A stretch of DNA of 64,000 nucleotides from the human T2T-CHM13v2.0 reference genome, Homo sapiens, in the NCBI RefSeq assembly GCF_009914755.1, contig NC_060930.1. One strand, 5' to 3'. Each line of letters begins with the position of its first letter. Positions within the stretch are counted from its first letter, which is position 1. The notes beneath the pieces are model-generated. The model did not search any database, had not been told where the DNA came from, and worked only from the letters and a program-made list of their open reading frames with translations. The position numbers were made by a program, and so were the translations under genes. Below are positions 1 through 13,778 of this stretch, piece after piece.

Positions 1-80
1 GGAACAGTAGCAGACTTATAGAAAACTCTATATGTGTTAGCTATAGTAATAATTATATTTCTATATTTATTATAGTTAGC

Positions 81-132
81 TTTGCACACAGCAGGTGTTC
101 AATAAATGTTAGTTGAATGAATGAATGAATGA
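81..132 (+). mobile_element. L2 LINE 3' end
   Basis: gcaggtgttcaataaatgttagttgaatgaatgaatgaatga, the typical L2 terminus with (TGAA)n tail. Confidence 0.7.
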
Positions 133-1117
133 GCAAAGGAACAAATCTAGCAGAGGGACAAGATAAATATGCAGATTACTATAAAATAGACGAGAAGTGC
201 CTCAAAGGTACAAAATGTAATAGAGGCCTCAGTGGAGGGAGAGGTGATAGGTTGGAAGATGATTAAGACACAAACCCTGACTTCTAGAAGGTACTGTTTA
301 GTAAGAAAACATACATAAATCAGTATTTACAAAACAGTCATTACAAACAATGTGTTAAGTGTTTTAAGATTTCACAGAACCTTTCTTCTATGTTCTAGCT
401 CTAAATACACCACGGCTTTTCCCGGAGTGTCCAAATCCTATATGTTCATGAGCAGATATGCCTAACTTCTACAAGCCACAAACTGAGGAGCTGAGAGGTG
501 GGACCAGTGCTCAGTGCTCCCCTTATTTCCTCATTTTGGTGAAAACCACTGTTCCTTTGAAACCAGCTCTACTTCTGCCATCACTCCTCTTCTCTGTGCC
601 TCTACATTTATTGAAGTCTCAGTTCTGTTGTTCTGGTTGACTTCAATCATGTGAATTGCCCACCCTACAGTTTTTCAATATACTCAATTCAACCACCTCC
701 ACTGTATTCTGTGAAACCCACTTTAAGGCACAACTGAACATAACCAATCAGAACTGTTCCACTTTTGAAATCTCCACTTGGATATCCAACTTTCCATCTA
801 AAACCTACTGTCTTTTCTGCTCTTTCATTGCATTACCACTTCCACCCCTGCAAACTGATTCATCATGATCTCCAGTCCCTTGATCACTACTTTCTCTCTA
901 GTTTTGGGCTCCCTCAACCTCACTTCCTACCTGATGGGGCCTAAACAATCATATTAGATCAACCTACACTCTTGCACATACCCTTTTCTTGATGACAAAG
1001 AAAAACATTAATCATGCTTTTATCTTCCTCACATCCACTCTAGGGCTGTTAGGAATTGCCTGTTGCTGTGTTAAGGAATTTGTATCTAATCCTGTAGGGA
1101 ATGCAATTGAAGAGTTA

Positions 1118-1470
<353 letters not shown>

Positions 1471-1476
1471 ACTTGA

Positions 1477-1755
1477 GGCCGGGTGTGGTGGCTCATGCCT
1501 GTAATCCCAGCACTTTGGAGAGCCAGGTGGGTGGCTCACTTGAGCCCAGGAGTCTGAGACAGGCCTGGGCACCATGGCAAAAACACCTCTCTACAAAAAA
1601 TACAAAAACATTAGCCAGGCATGGTACATGCACCTGTAGTCTCAGCTACTCATTTGAGCCCGGGACATTGAGGCTGCAGTGAGCCATTATCGTTCCACTG
1701 CACTCCAGCCTGGGCAACAGAGGGAGACCCTGTCTCAAAAAACAAAAAACAAAAA
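1477..1755 (+). mobile_element. Alu (AluJ-like) with right-arm deletion
   Basis: ggccgggtgtggtggctcatgcctgtaatccc... with J-type ttgagcccagg; A-rich tail. Confidence 0.93.
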
Positions 1756-2385
1756 CCTTGAGAAGAGGAGGGAATGAGGGAAATCTTAACAACAGAAAAG
1801 GGAGACTTAAGATTCCAGTAACTATAGAGAGGGAGGATGCCAGGATTAGAGATAACCAATCAGAGAATCTGCCCTCTTTGCCTCTATTATCAACACCACC
1901 CACTTTCAGGAGTGAGAAGGAAAGTCCAAGAGCACAGTGAGGAAGACATTTCTTAGGCACTAAGCCACCTACAGATGTCAGCTCTCACCTATCATCTTAT
2001 GTGAGGGGTGTTAAAGACTACCTACCTTTAGTTAAACAAAGGGTTTATCAGTGGACATGGGTGGATTGTGAACCCAATGGTGACTGTGGAAATAGCTCTA
2101 GTAGTTAAGTTCCAGCAAAAGAGTTTTAGAAAGGAAATTACATCAATAGCAAGTGTCAGGAAGACTCTAGATGCATACATTGTTTCCTTACCTACTCATT
2201 TGAGGTCAAAGACTATTTCTTATTCATAAGAAATATTCAGTGTCTTTCAGTGTCCAGTGCTGTGCCTTGCAGAGACAGGAGGTGGTCAGGGTGACTTATT
2301 CTGGACCACAGGATAGTTGAACCTATCTAGATGTGTACCCTGTTAGTTAAGCTCCTGGTTTGAAGCCCATCATTGCCCCTGCTGT

Positions 2386-2480
2386 ACAGATGAGTAATTT
2401 CAAAGAGTGATTAAGTAACTTACTTAAGGTCAAATAGCTAATCAATTGCAGAATTGAGACAAGAACCCAGATCTCTGGCC
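2386..2480 (-). mobile_element. MIR fragment
   Basis: tacagatgag...ttaagtaacttacttaaggtca...agcta...gaacccagatct, MIR core in antisense. Confidence 0.7.
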
Positions 2481-2706
2481 CTTCATCTATGCCTTTATTA
2501 TGACACACTGTTTACCACTGAGATGCCTTCCGTATGAGTTCAAAGGATCACCATTAAGTCATGAAGCTACTAAGCTGACTCTGCCAATAAAATTAATATT
2601 TTAAGTGATTTGCACAACTTCTATCACATGATGAATGCCCAAAATTAAGCACTGTTTAAAATGTAGAATTAGTCACTGGACAGTGCCTTTAACTTTGGCT
2701 ACTTAC

Positions 2707-2754
2707 CAGTCAACATACAGCCCTTCTTTAAGGAAAGGATTTTAAAATTTTTTA
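2707..2754 (-). other. Candidate short exon of minus-strand host transcript (48 nt; alternative acceptors give 19 or 16 nt)
   Basis: Strong donor CTG|gtaagt at 2707/2706. Acceptors ttgtttttgttaatag| (exon start 2754) or tcctttccttaaag|aag| (2725/2722). Repeat-free context. Confidence 0.45.
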
Positions 2755-4216
2755 CTATTAACAAAAACAATTTATGCAGCTTGTGTTTTGCTGTGATAGA
2801 TTAGGCAGGCTAATCTATATCATGTTATTTACATGCAATAAACTAACTCAGCTGAGTAGATTAGTAGGTAAGCCCACCTACTTTTTGTGGTTAATTATAC
2901 TGTTTTGTAAGAAGCTGATCCTATTTTGTGTTTTTCCAAAAGCTCTGGTGAAGTAATGACTTCTGACGTACAGTATGTTAAACATAAAGAGCCTTCCCTT
3001 TTCTTTCTCAACATATAATTGCTGCATTTGTGCATGCTGTGCAAGTTGAACATAACAATAAAAACTTAATGAAGAAAATAAGTACTGGTTGTAATGAATT
3101 AGTAATATTACTAGATTTGTATCTGGAGTTTACATTTACTGTTGTAAGTAGAATACAATCAATAGGAATATGTAATCAAATTGCACATGCTTTCATCTCT
3201 TGAGATTTATCTGAAAAGGAGCTGAGATATCTTTAGGAAATTATTTCCAAAAGCCTACACTAAATTCAATTATTCTGCATAATCATTTAAAATCACTGTC
3301 AATAAGCGCTCCTCATTTTTAAGGTTCTTGTAGTACAAAAAGATACGTTTCTTAAATAGGCTTTTATTGCTTTACAAGTATGAAATATAACTTTTTCATT
3401 TTTAAATTTAGTTATACAAAATAACATGAATAGGTTATTAAAAAACTGAAATACTACAAATAAAGTCACCTTTAGACCATTCCCTTATATCTGTTTCCAA
3501 ACCTCTCCAACCCCTTCTTTCTTCAACCACTGTTATTAGCAGGTGAGTAAGGTTCCTTCCAGACTCTTTGTTTGCATTCACATGTTATCTTAAAAACAAA
3601 ACAAAACCATAACTGATTTTTAAAATGCTACATATTTGAATATTACCTATTTCATGTTTATATAATTGACCCTAAATAAATAACATGATCAACATGTTCT
3701 GCCTTAAGCCTCATTTCTTAAGATGTTTTTTGATTTGATCAGTCCCCAAGGGAAATACAGTTTGTTAATTTTGTTTGGCATTTTGAAGTGCTAGACGAAT
3801 TCTAATGTGTGGAATGAAGGTGAGGATGGATAGATAGTCACAGCCTATTGTTACTATAATTAGAAGTCATCAGATGCTAATTAGTACCACATTAAAATGA
3901 TAAATTATGAACTACAATATTTGCAGCTGAGACCAAGTGCAATTCCCTAAATGTAAAGGTTTATAGAAAAAAAAACGGCCTCTTTCACAGCTTTTTATAT
4001 TCTCCCTTCTCTCCTTAAGATTATTTCACACAGGCCTCCAAATATTCTATCACTTCCTCTAACACCACACTAAGCGTAACCAATTTTCACTTAGAGGAGA
4101 AAGTAATGTTAAGATCTGTAATTTGATTTTAAGATGTTTCTAGATTTAACTTATAGTTATGTTTATGATGATTTTTGTGATAAGTTCTTGAAGCCCAACA
4201 ATTACCTCAGTATGTA

Positions 4217-4313
4217 CAGGTGTTTCTTGACTTACAATGGGGTTATGTCCTGATAAATCCATTTAAAAGTCAGAAAATTTTAAGTTGCATCATGGTAAGC
4301 CAGGGACTACCTG
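4217..4313. mobile_element. MER47/Tigger-derived MITE (97 bp)
   Basis: TA-caggtgtttcttgacttacaatggggttatgtcctgataaatcc...catggtaagccagggactacctg with degenerate terminal inverted repeats. Confidence 0.75.
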
Positions 4314-4619
4314 CATATCATTAATTTAACCTTAATCAATTGAATACACCGAGTAGAGTGAAGAATTAGCACAAATGCGAAGAAATTGATGGTGTCCATT
4401 TGAACAGATGGCAAATTTTAAAAAGCTAATCTAAAGATAGCATTTTACTTCATTCCTGCTTTTTTTAACAAAAATAATTTTTTTTATAGTTTATTATTTT
4501 TATTTGTAGTTTATGCATTTTCACAGGATATTTGATCTGGTCAAAGAGGCCAAAGGATAAAAGTTCAGGTCAGCCCAGGGACTCCAAAGCCCTCATTCTA
4601 ATTACAGGATAGGGTTTCT

Positions 4620-4890
4620 AAGCTAACTACCTGTTCATGTCTTTTGTCCATGTTTGTGTTGTAATTTTCTTCTTCCCGATTTATAAGATTTTCAATTGAT
4701 TTGTAGGTTACAACTTGGCTTTTGGTCATGTATGTTGTAAACATTTTTGTAATTTGGGCTTTGTCTTTTGACTTCATGGGAATTTTTTCCACTGAAGAGT
4801 TATTTTTTGTGCAAATGTGTTAATCTTTTCATTTATAGTGTCAAGTTTTGGAACTTTTTCATAAAGTCCTCCCTGCTCTGAGATAAATAC
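4620..4890 (-). mobile_element. Old L1M fragment
   Basis: ctgttcatgtcttttgtccat...tgtatgttgtaaacatttt, antisense L1 ORF2 3' region. Confidence 0.55.
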
Positions 4891-5003
4891 TACCACTACT
4901 AGTGACAATTATTCAGCCATGATCAAATAGTCATTGCTATCTATATGCTAGAAACATGCTGAATGCTGAGGTAATACGGATAAAATACAATTATCTGAAC
5001 TAT

Positions 5004-5324
5004 GTTTTTTCTTTTTTCTTTTTTTTTTTTTTTTTGAGACAGAGTCTTGCTCTGTTGCCCAGGCTGGAGTGCAGTGGCACAATCTTGGCTCACTGCAACC
5101 TCCGTCTCCTGGGTTGAAGTGATTTTCCTGCCTCAGCCTCCCGAGTAGCTGGGACTTACAGGCAGGTACCACCATGCCTGGCTAATTTTTTTTTCTTGTA
5201 TTTTAGTAGAGACGGGATTTTGCCATGTTGGCCAGGCTGGTCTCAAACTCCTGACCTCAAGTGATCTGCCCATCTTGGCCTCCCAAAGTATTGGGATTAC
5301 AGGCGTAAGCCACTGCACCCAGTC
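5004..5324 (-). mobile_element. Alu (AluS-like)
   Basis: polyT followed by antisense Alu; TSD-like atctgaactatgttt on both sides. Confidence 0.95.
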
Positions 5325-5411
5325 CAATCATCTGAACTATGTTTAAAAGCACATAGAGGACACAGTCTTCTCTTATCAGCATTACAAATAAATACAGAAA
5401 ATGTTCGGTCA

Positions 5412-5780
<369 letters not shown>

Positions 5781-5943
5781 GTAGTTGTTTTACAGATAGA
5801 ATTGGTATGCTTTAAAATTGGTCAGTATCCATTATGTATCCTGGCAAATAGACCATCTAAAAAGAAGAAATGCCAACGATGACTTTACTTCTCATTCAAT
5901 TACTCATTTAATGTTTTTTCATTCTTGCATATTCTACTTGTAC

Positions 5944-5955
5944 CTGAATTGATCT
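5944..5955 (-). other. Candidate 12-nt microexon (AGATCAATTCAG) sharing the donor at 5944
   Basis: Upstream ccaccttctttttacccaccttgctctgtctctaatctgtttgctatag| has a long pyrimidine tract, CTAAT branch and TGC motifs. Confidence 0.4.
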
Positions 5956-6200
5956 CTATAGCAAACAGATTAGAGACAGAGCAAGGTGGGTAAAAAGAAG
6001 GTGGCTACACTTCTATAAATGAATATGTGTGTCCCAGGACACTGCAGATCTTTAATTCAATTCAGTGTTTTTTTCCTCAGATTGGCAGGTGTGTCTCGCA
6101 GTTGGATGTGGTCCAGCAGGTCCCTATGCTGCAATTCTGAAGCAGTGGGAACATCATCATTGCACTGGGTCCCCAGCAGCAGCATATTCTCTACCCACTG
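5944..6200 (-). other. Candidate exon of minus-strand host transcript (257 nt, tandem NAG acceptor); probably 5'UTR or non-coding, contains uORFs
   Basis: Acceptor ccttaactccatttcctctaag|cag|cag| (branch-like CCTTAAC; starts 6203/6200/6197); donor CAG|gtacaa at 5944/5943; GC content above the flanks; stops in all three frames. Confidence 0.55.
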
Positions 6201-6413
6201 CTGCTTAGAGGAAATGGAGTTAAGGGTAACACAAACTCAGGAGAGTCTAAAACCTATCAGTAAAACTTCAAGACTTATAGATACCAGAATTGAAGCTGCA
6301 GATAACAGAGGTGGGCAAAGAAAGTGTAGTAGAAAAAGGAATTGGTTGAAATATGAAGGAAAAATAAAATAAACTTTTGATGAGACTTAAAAAATTTCCC
6401 TGGACAGGGCCAG

Positions 6414-6671
6414 GCAGGCTGGGGTGCAGTGGCACGAACCTGGCTCACTGCAACCTCCACCTCCCAGGTTCAAGCAATTCTCTGCCTCAGTCTCCTGAAT
6501 AGCAGGGATTACAGGCGCCCACCATCATGCCCAGCTAATTTTTTTGTATTTTTAGTAGAGACAGGGTTTCACCGCCTTGGCCAGGCTGGTCTTGAACTCC
6601 TGACCTTGTGATCCACCTGCCTCGGCCTCCCAAAGTGCTGGGATTACAGGCATGAGCCATGGTGCCCGGTC
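6414..6671 (-). mobile_element. Alu (AluS-like) lacking 3' end and poly(A)
   Basis: Antisense Alu starting at caggctggggtgcagtgg with no polyT. Confidence 0.92.
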
Positions 6672-7072
6672 AACACTTTTCTTTTCCTTCTTTAAATATA
6701 TTATATTGCTTCACATAATAACTAGCTTAAAAATTAAGATTGTTTCATGAAGAATGCTTTAGAATCTGGTTATAGCTCACATCCTGAACTACAGGTTGCA
6801 AAGGACATAATAAACTGCCATCCCTTTAAGTCATCGTCCATGTTAAACTACTCTGTAAGACTTACACTGTAAAACATGTGTTTCAAATGTTTGCGTCAGT
6901 CTAAAACACTTATGTTATACAGAAGATCCAGTCATCCAGATAGAGATTTAAATGAATACTATGTCCAAGGCATTGGTGAGTTGTAAAGGTATACAAAGCT
7001 AAGTGCCTACTCTGAAGGAGTGGGAAATCTAATAAAGGCCATGAAGCAGCATGACTGGGGTCTGGAATGGCA

Positions 7073-7243
7073 ATAATAAACCACATTTGGAAGCATATTC
7101 TATGTATGAGGCACTGTTCTAAGGGTTCTCGACGTATTAACTTATTTAATCCACTTAATAGACATGAGGCACAGAGAGGTTATCTAACTTGTCTGGGGTC
7201 ACACAGCTAGTAAGTGATGAAACAAGGATTTGAACCCAGACAA
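7073..7243 (-). mobile_element. MIR
   Basis: gaggcacagagaggttatctaacttgtctggggtcacacagctagtaagt...ggatttgaacccag. Confidence 0.85.
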
Positions 7244-7346
7244 TTTATAACCAATATACATATTTCTTCCTCTACTTGACTACTTAATGTGGGACCTCGG
7301 AAAGTTACTTCACCTGAGTCTCAGTTTTCTCATTGGTGAAACTGTT

Positions 7347-7490
7347 TTCTTTTCTTTTCTTTTTTATTTTAGTAGAGATGGGGTTTCACCACGTTGGCCA
7401 GGCTGGTCTCGAACTCCTGACCTCAAATGATCCACCCACCTCAGCCTCCCAAAGTGCTGGGTTTACAGGTGTGAGCCACCGTGCCCAGCC
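7347..7490 (-). mobile_element. Alu left-arm monomer inserted in a + strand MIR
   Basis: Left arm only; TSD tgaaactgtt at 7337-7346 and 7491-7500. Confidence 0.9.
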
Positions 7491-8364
7491 TGAAACTGTT
7501 ATTTCTGCCTCACAGAGTTCTCATTAGGATTCAAAGTTAGGCATGCTGATACAGAGAAACATTTACCAAACTTTTGCCGCTTTCCACAAGGTGTACTACT
7601 ACTGACAGGGACCAATGGGTTCTGTAGTCAAATGACTGGGAAACAATATCTCAGAGTCATGATACATAAATCCGTACCTAACTCCTAAGAATTCTCAAAT
7701 GAAGGAATCTCTCTAACTCTGTTTAACCTGGCATGCCCACACTTATTTGATCCCAGAACCTTTTGTCCCACTGAACACCTAGTTACAACTTAAGCTCTGG
7801 AAGAAAAATTGGTAAATGCTAACAAGAAAAAGGCATGAAATCAAAGGACCCAGTGGGTTCAGGTCTGGCTCAGCCAATTTTTAACTGCTTGCTATGGGCA
7901 ACAGCTCCAACCCCTCTCCATGTCTCTGCTTTCCCTCTCAGCTTTTGCCTAGACGACTTCACTAATTCCCTGGCTGACTCTCTATCTTGGACCTCACCTC
8001 TCAGGGTCACCTTCTAAGCATCAGCTAATTATGTTCCATAGCACAGATACAGTAACATGACCCCTTTTGCTTAAACACCTTTTTGATAATAGCTAAGAAT
8101 AAGAGCAAACACTTACAGAATGCTTACTATGCCATGCAGTATTCTACTCACTCGTTTAATTCTGAAAACCATTCTGTGAAGTACATACTGAGGTGCGGCT
8201 AGTAGGTGGTGCAGTCAGCTTCCAGATTCCAAGTCCACTCTGCTGCCTCTTGAACTCCCCACAATTTATCCAGGATATCGCCCTAATTCCTCAGGCCCTT
8301 CACAGTGTGACTTCAACCTTTCCTTTCCACCTCATCTTCATTCCCTGCTTCTCATATATGAGTT

Positions 8365-8620
8365 TCTAGGGCTGTGAGGCTGGCCTGTAGATGGCTGCCT
8401 TCAGTTCACAGGGCATTCTCCCTGTATATGCATATCTATGTCCAAATTTCCCCTTTTTATAAGGATGCCAGTTATATTGAGTTAGGGCCTATTCTAATGA
8501 CCTCATTTTGACTTGATTAGCTCTGTAAAGATCCTTTCTCCTAATAAGGTCACATTGTGAGGTACTAGGGGTTAGGACTTCAACACATGAATTTTGGGAG
8601 GGTAAAATTCAATCCATAAT
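8365..8620 (-). mobile_element. MLT1 (ERVL-MaLR) LTR fragment
   Basis: ttataaggatgccagtt...taatgacctcatttt...aataaggtcacatt...gaggtactaggggttaggacttcaacacatgaattttgggag. Confidence 0.85.
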
Positions 8621-8769
8621 ACCTGCATACATAATGAAGCTAGTCTCTTTTCCATAAATTCATACAATCATGTAACAGTTATGTACTGAGTGCCTATTAA
8701 TTACAATGTTGGTACTGTTCTGGGCCCTGCTAGGTACTTCTATACCCCACGTCTTTGTGAGGTATAGAA

Positions 8770-8932
8770 GCAGGGTGCAGTGGCGGGCGCCTGTAATCCC
8801 AGCTACTTGGGTAGCTCAGGCAGGAGAATTGCTTGAAACTGGGAGGCAGTGGCTTCAGTGAGCCGAGACTGCATCACTTCACTCCAGCCTAGGTGATAGA
8901 GCGAGACTCTGTCTCAAAAAAAAAAAAAAAAA
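8770..8932 (+). mobile_element. Alu right arm (5'-truncated)
   Basis: gtggcgggcgcctgtaatcccagctac...gagactctgtctc plus A tail. Confidence 0.9.
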
Positions 8933-8944
8933 GGAAAAAGGTAA

Positions 8945-9310
8945 CATTTGCTGCTGTCAACAGATAAACCCTAAAATTTAAGTGGCTTAACAAATAGATT
9001 TTTCTTCTCATACATCTAGTCTGTATGGATGTTCCTGATGGGCAGGTGACTTTCCTTCAAGAGTGATTCAGGGACACAGGCAACTTTCATCTTGAATGGG
9101 TCACTTCCCAGATCATCTGCTTAAGGAGTATTACAAATGCAACATTTTTATGGCCAGGAAATAGTAAATATCACTTCTACTCCTACTCTATTGGCTAGAT
9201 CTCAGTCACATGGCCAGCCACCTGCATGGGAAGCTGAGAAATGTAGTCTAGCCGGGTACTCAAGAAGAAAAGAAAGTGCGTTTGGCATACTTGCTTCAGT
9301 CTCTTCTACC
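8945..9310 (-). mobile_element. Old MLT1 (J/K-like) LTR
   Basis: agtggcttaacaa...ctattggctagatctcagtcacatggcc...gaagctgagaaatgtagtc. Confidence 0.7.
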
Positions 9311-10559
9311 AGTTAAGGTGCTGGGAAACTTCAGGAAATGAAAGTAGAGTGCAAATATGTTCAGTCTGTGGTCTGCTTTTAACTACTAGTTAGAAGAGAA
9401 GATTGAGTCAGTTCTTGATAAAACAACCGAGAAAGTGGAACCATCAGCCAAAATATTCACGTGAATTTCTGTAAACTTAATAATCATATCATGAGAAAAA
9501 TCTATAGTTTTTAATATGCATTATATATTGTAATAAACTATCTTTTGTACACAAAATAAAACTATGCTATTACTAATAGAATGGGAAGTTGTAAACATTT
9601 TCTTGATTGTAGCTAGGGATAACTGTAAATTTAGTAATACTTGACTGGCTTTGCAACCAATTTTTTAAAAGTCAAGGTTAGTGGAATAAACCTAAAGTTC
9701 ACAGTCTTGTTGGCAAAAGGCTATGGCGAATGTTTACAGCACATTTTTATAAATGTGGCTTTCTTGCCCGATTTTCAAAATGTAGTTATTACATTTTAGC
9801 CTAAATTCTGCCTCTCCTGGCTGTTATATGATTAGTTCACTAGACATCCACAGCACCAATTATATCCTTAGGCCAAACAAAAGAGATCACCTAACTCCCA
9901 TTTGGTCCTTCAGGTAATTTACTCAGGTCCCGTTATCTGATATCAAAGTCAAGTTTTATGAGAGAAAAAATACCAACAAGGTAAATCCCAGTAGTTTGGA
10001 GGTGAATTAAAAAGCTCCCAAATTAGTACTTCCCTCAAATGTTAAATAATTCACTGTAGCATTATAGATACAAGACTCCAGCAAAAGTTACACTTGAACA
10101 ATTAAGGAAGCAAGAGCTAAACAAATGACTTCAGGGGTAGAGAAACAAATTAATGGTTTCTCATAGCACTATACCAAATTACTTTTTCACATAAACAAGT
10201 GTGTAAAACACCCAAACACCCCCAATGACCTACTAGATGAAGTTTGATTATAGAAAATAGCCTGGGTTTACATGCCAGGATTATTCCCTAAATGTAACTG
10301 TGGATTCTATACACTTGAGTATAAAGCCCATTTATGTTATTTGGAAAGGTTTCATGTTCACAACGTACCCCTACTCTTTTCCAAAGTTCTTTTAGTCAAA
10401 TTGCTTGGATTATAATGACCATCTGCCAACATGTTATGTGAAGGACCAAAAGCAATGAAATTGTTTCCTAGAGGCTAGACAAGAATTAGAAACACAAGGT
10501 TACATCACAGTGCACCATGTGCATACAGATTAATAGCTCCTGCTGAGTAGAAAGAGTAT

Positions 10560-10780
10560 ACACTTTGAGATAAAAATGGGATTTCAATCCCAACTCTATC
10601 ACTTTCTAGCTAAAATATTTCAGATAAGTCAACCTGAGTATTAGCAATCTCTTCTGTAAAATAGGAATAACTTACTTATGTAACAAATATTTATTGAATA
10701 TTTACTATGTATCAAGTAGTATTTTGCAAGGATTATTTTAGGATTAGAGATAAAAAAAATAGTAGGTGCTCATTATCTGT
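10560..10780 (+). mobile_element. MIR (degenerate, interrupted)
   Basis: ttcaatcccaactctatcactttctagc...ctgtaaaataggaataa...aggattagagata. Confidence 0.6.
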
Positions 10781-10988
10781 ATGTGTGGTTATCCAAATAT
10801 ACAAGCAGATGACTAATAAGAAAGGGTCAAAGTCAGCAGACTGAAAATCAATGGAATTCCTAACCGAAAACAGAGATATATGGGATACAAGGCAATGTGA
10901 GGTCCATTTGCTTTCCAGGGACTAACAGGTAGTTAGTACTCACTCTAAATTTTTATATATTTTCTCTAGTTATCTCAACTAAACTTAG

Positions 10989-11319
<331 letters not shown>

Positions 11320-11569
11320 TGTAAGGTAAACTTTTGAGCTCTAACTCAAGCAGGTTTTGGGAAAGGATGTAGATGTACTAAAGATGTGCCAAAGAGTTTT
11401 CCATTTAAAAGTTTTTAAAGATATGCTTACAAGATGACTTTTTTTAACATACTAATTTAATGCTAGTCTGATCTATAACTGAAATACATATATATTTTGA
11501 AATAGATTAGAAAGGTAGAATGTAATCAAGAAAAAAAAAAACCAACAATGAGGTTTGGAGGGAACATGA

Positions 11570-11750
11570 GAACTACAGTTAGAGCTTCAACTCTCCCCAT
11601 TACCAGTTGTGTCACCAGAAAAAGCCTCAAAATTTTTGAATCTGTTTTCTTGAGTAAAATAAGCTTAACAACTCTTACTATGGCATTATTATAAGAACCA
11701 AATGGAATAGCTGTCATAAAAATGCTTAGTAACCTAAAAGCACTAAACAA
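11570..11750 (+). mobile_element. MIR
   Basis: ttaccagttgtgtcacc...tctgttttcttgagtaaaat...aaaatgcttag. Confidence 0.55.
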
Positions 11751-12444
11751 ATATGAACCATTTCAGAGTGAATAGGTGATCACAAGACATCCCTTATAGT
11801 GAAGGGTATTTGTATGGATGAATGGTAAAAGGTTTACAAAAAATTATATTGGCTGGAGGAATGGGCATTTGTAGTCACAACAGTAATCATTTCGCTTGCT
11901 TGCTAATGAGGAAGGATCATTGAATTTCTGGCTGGCAAGCAACAGTAATCCCTAAATATTATGGAACAGAAAACATTTATGGACAAGACCACTAGAAATA
12001 AAATTTAAAAAAAATAGATTTATTTTTAAAGTAAATCAACAAGGTCAATTAGCCATAAGTCAAAGTTCCTAGAAATGCTTCTTTTTGTGAGGAAAATTTC
12101 TTTATCACCCATATTGTTAGGCTGGTTTTAATTTCATATGCCAAAGTCTACCTGTTGATTGTTACATCTATACAGGCTTTTAATACAGTGCCAAGCATAT
12201 TGCTAGAATTAAGTAAAATTATTGCTGACATACTGTTACTAAAAATATATCCAGTGATTTTTTTAAACAAAACTGAAAATTTTAAGTTTATTTTATATGC
12301 AGCAAAAAATGAGTAATACATACTTACAAATTTGTTTTTTAATCTAAATACATGAGATGTAAAAATTTTTTAATCCAATAACCAGTAAAAAAGTAGACTA
12401 CAGCTCTTAAAATGACAGTAGCATCAATCTTTATACAATGAGGT

Positions 12445-12750
12445 ATTATTTTATCTTATTTTATTTTGAGATAGAGTCTTGCTCTGTTACCCAGGCTGGA
12501 GGGCAGTGACACGATTAGGGCTTACTGCAGGCTTAACCTCCCTGGCCTCAAGCAATCCTCCTGCTTTAGTCTCCTGAGTAACAGGGACTACAGGCACATA
12601 CCACCACAACTAGCTAATTTTTAAATTTTTTGTAGAGATGAGGGCTCACCATGTTGTCCAGGCTGGTCTCAAACTCTTGGTCTCAAGTGATCCACCAGGC
12701 TTAGCCTCCTAAAGTGCTAGAATTACAGGTGTGAGCCACTGTGCCCGGCC
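12445..12750 (-). mobile_element. Alu (AluJ-like)
   Basis: Antisense dimer with degenerate T tail. Confidence 0.93.
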
Positions 12751-13111
12751 AACAAGGTGTCATTTTGAGTAGATTTAAAAATCATAGATCCTGAACTAAG
12801 TGGCACAGAGGTCTCTACAGAGACACAACGATACATAATAAGGGGAGGGAGAAGTGATGAACAGAAAATTTTAAATGCCCAAAGTAGAAAGGAAAGTATT
12901 TCACACAAATGTGTGAAGAAATTTACCAGAGTTATGTGTAGAGTTGGCCAAGACTATCACTTATTATGAACAATAAAAATCCATTTTTAACCTTATATTT
13001 TAATCTATCTTTGAATCAGAGAATGACAAAGAATGGTGATTTCCACTGACCTCTGTCCAGTAAAAGAAAACACGATGTAGAGAGCAATGTCAAAAGACTA
13101 AATTCTTCTTA

Positions 13112-13285
<174 letters not shown>

Positions 13286-13408
13286 TCACGAGATCATCAG
13301 ATAACTTAGAAAACTGCTACAAAGATGCCCACACTTCTAAAACTGGACAATGAGACTTACTGAAAAGAAACAGGGTCAGGGAGGAAAATTAATGTGAGGA
13401 TGCCATGA

Positions 13409-13750
<342 letters not shown>

Positions 13751-13778
13751 CATGGCCAGTTTTAAAAGCGACAATCTC

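Noticed and set aside
2214-2235. Palindrome tatttcttat-tc-ataagaaata
   Set aside because: Short and AT-rich; consistent with chance
6077-6160. C/D-box snoRNA-like arrangement on the minus strand (ATGATGA ... CTGA, 84 nt)
   Set aside because: No terminal stem, no recognisable rRNA/snRNA guide, and it lies within a candidate exon
6019-6372. 117-aa + strand ORF and a + strand acceptor ttttcctcag at 6080
   Set aside because: Better explained as the antisense shadow of the minus-strand exon; no supporting + strand exon chain
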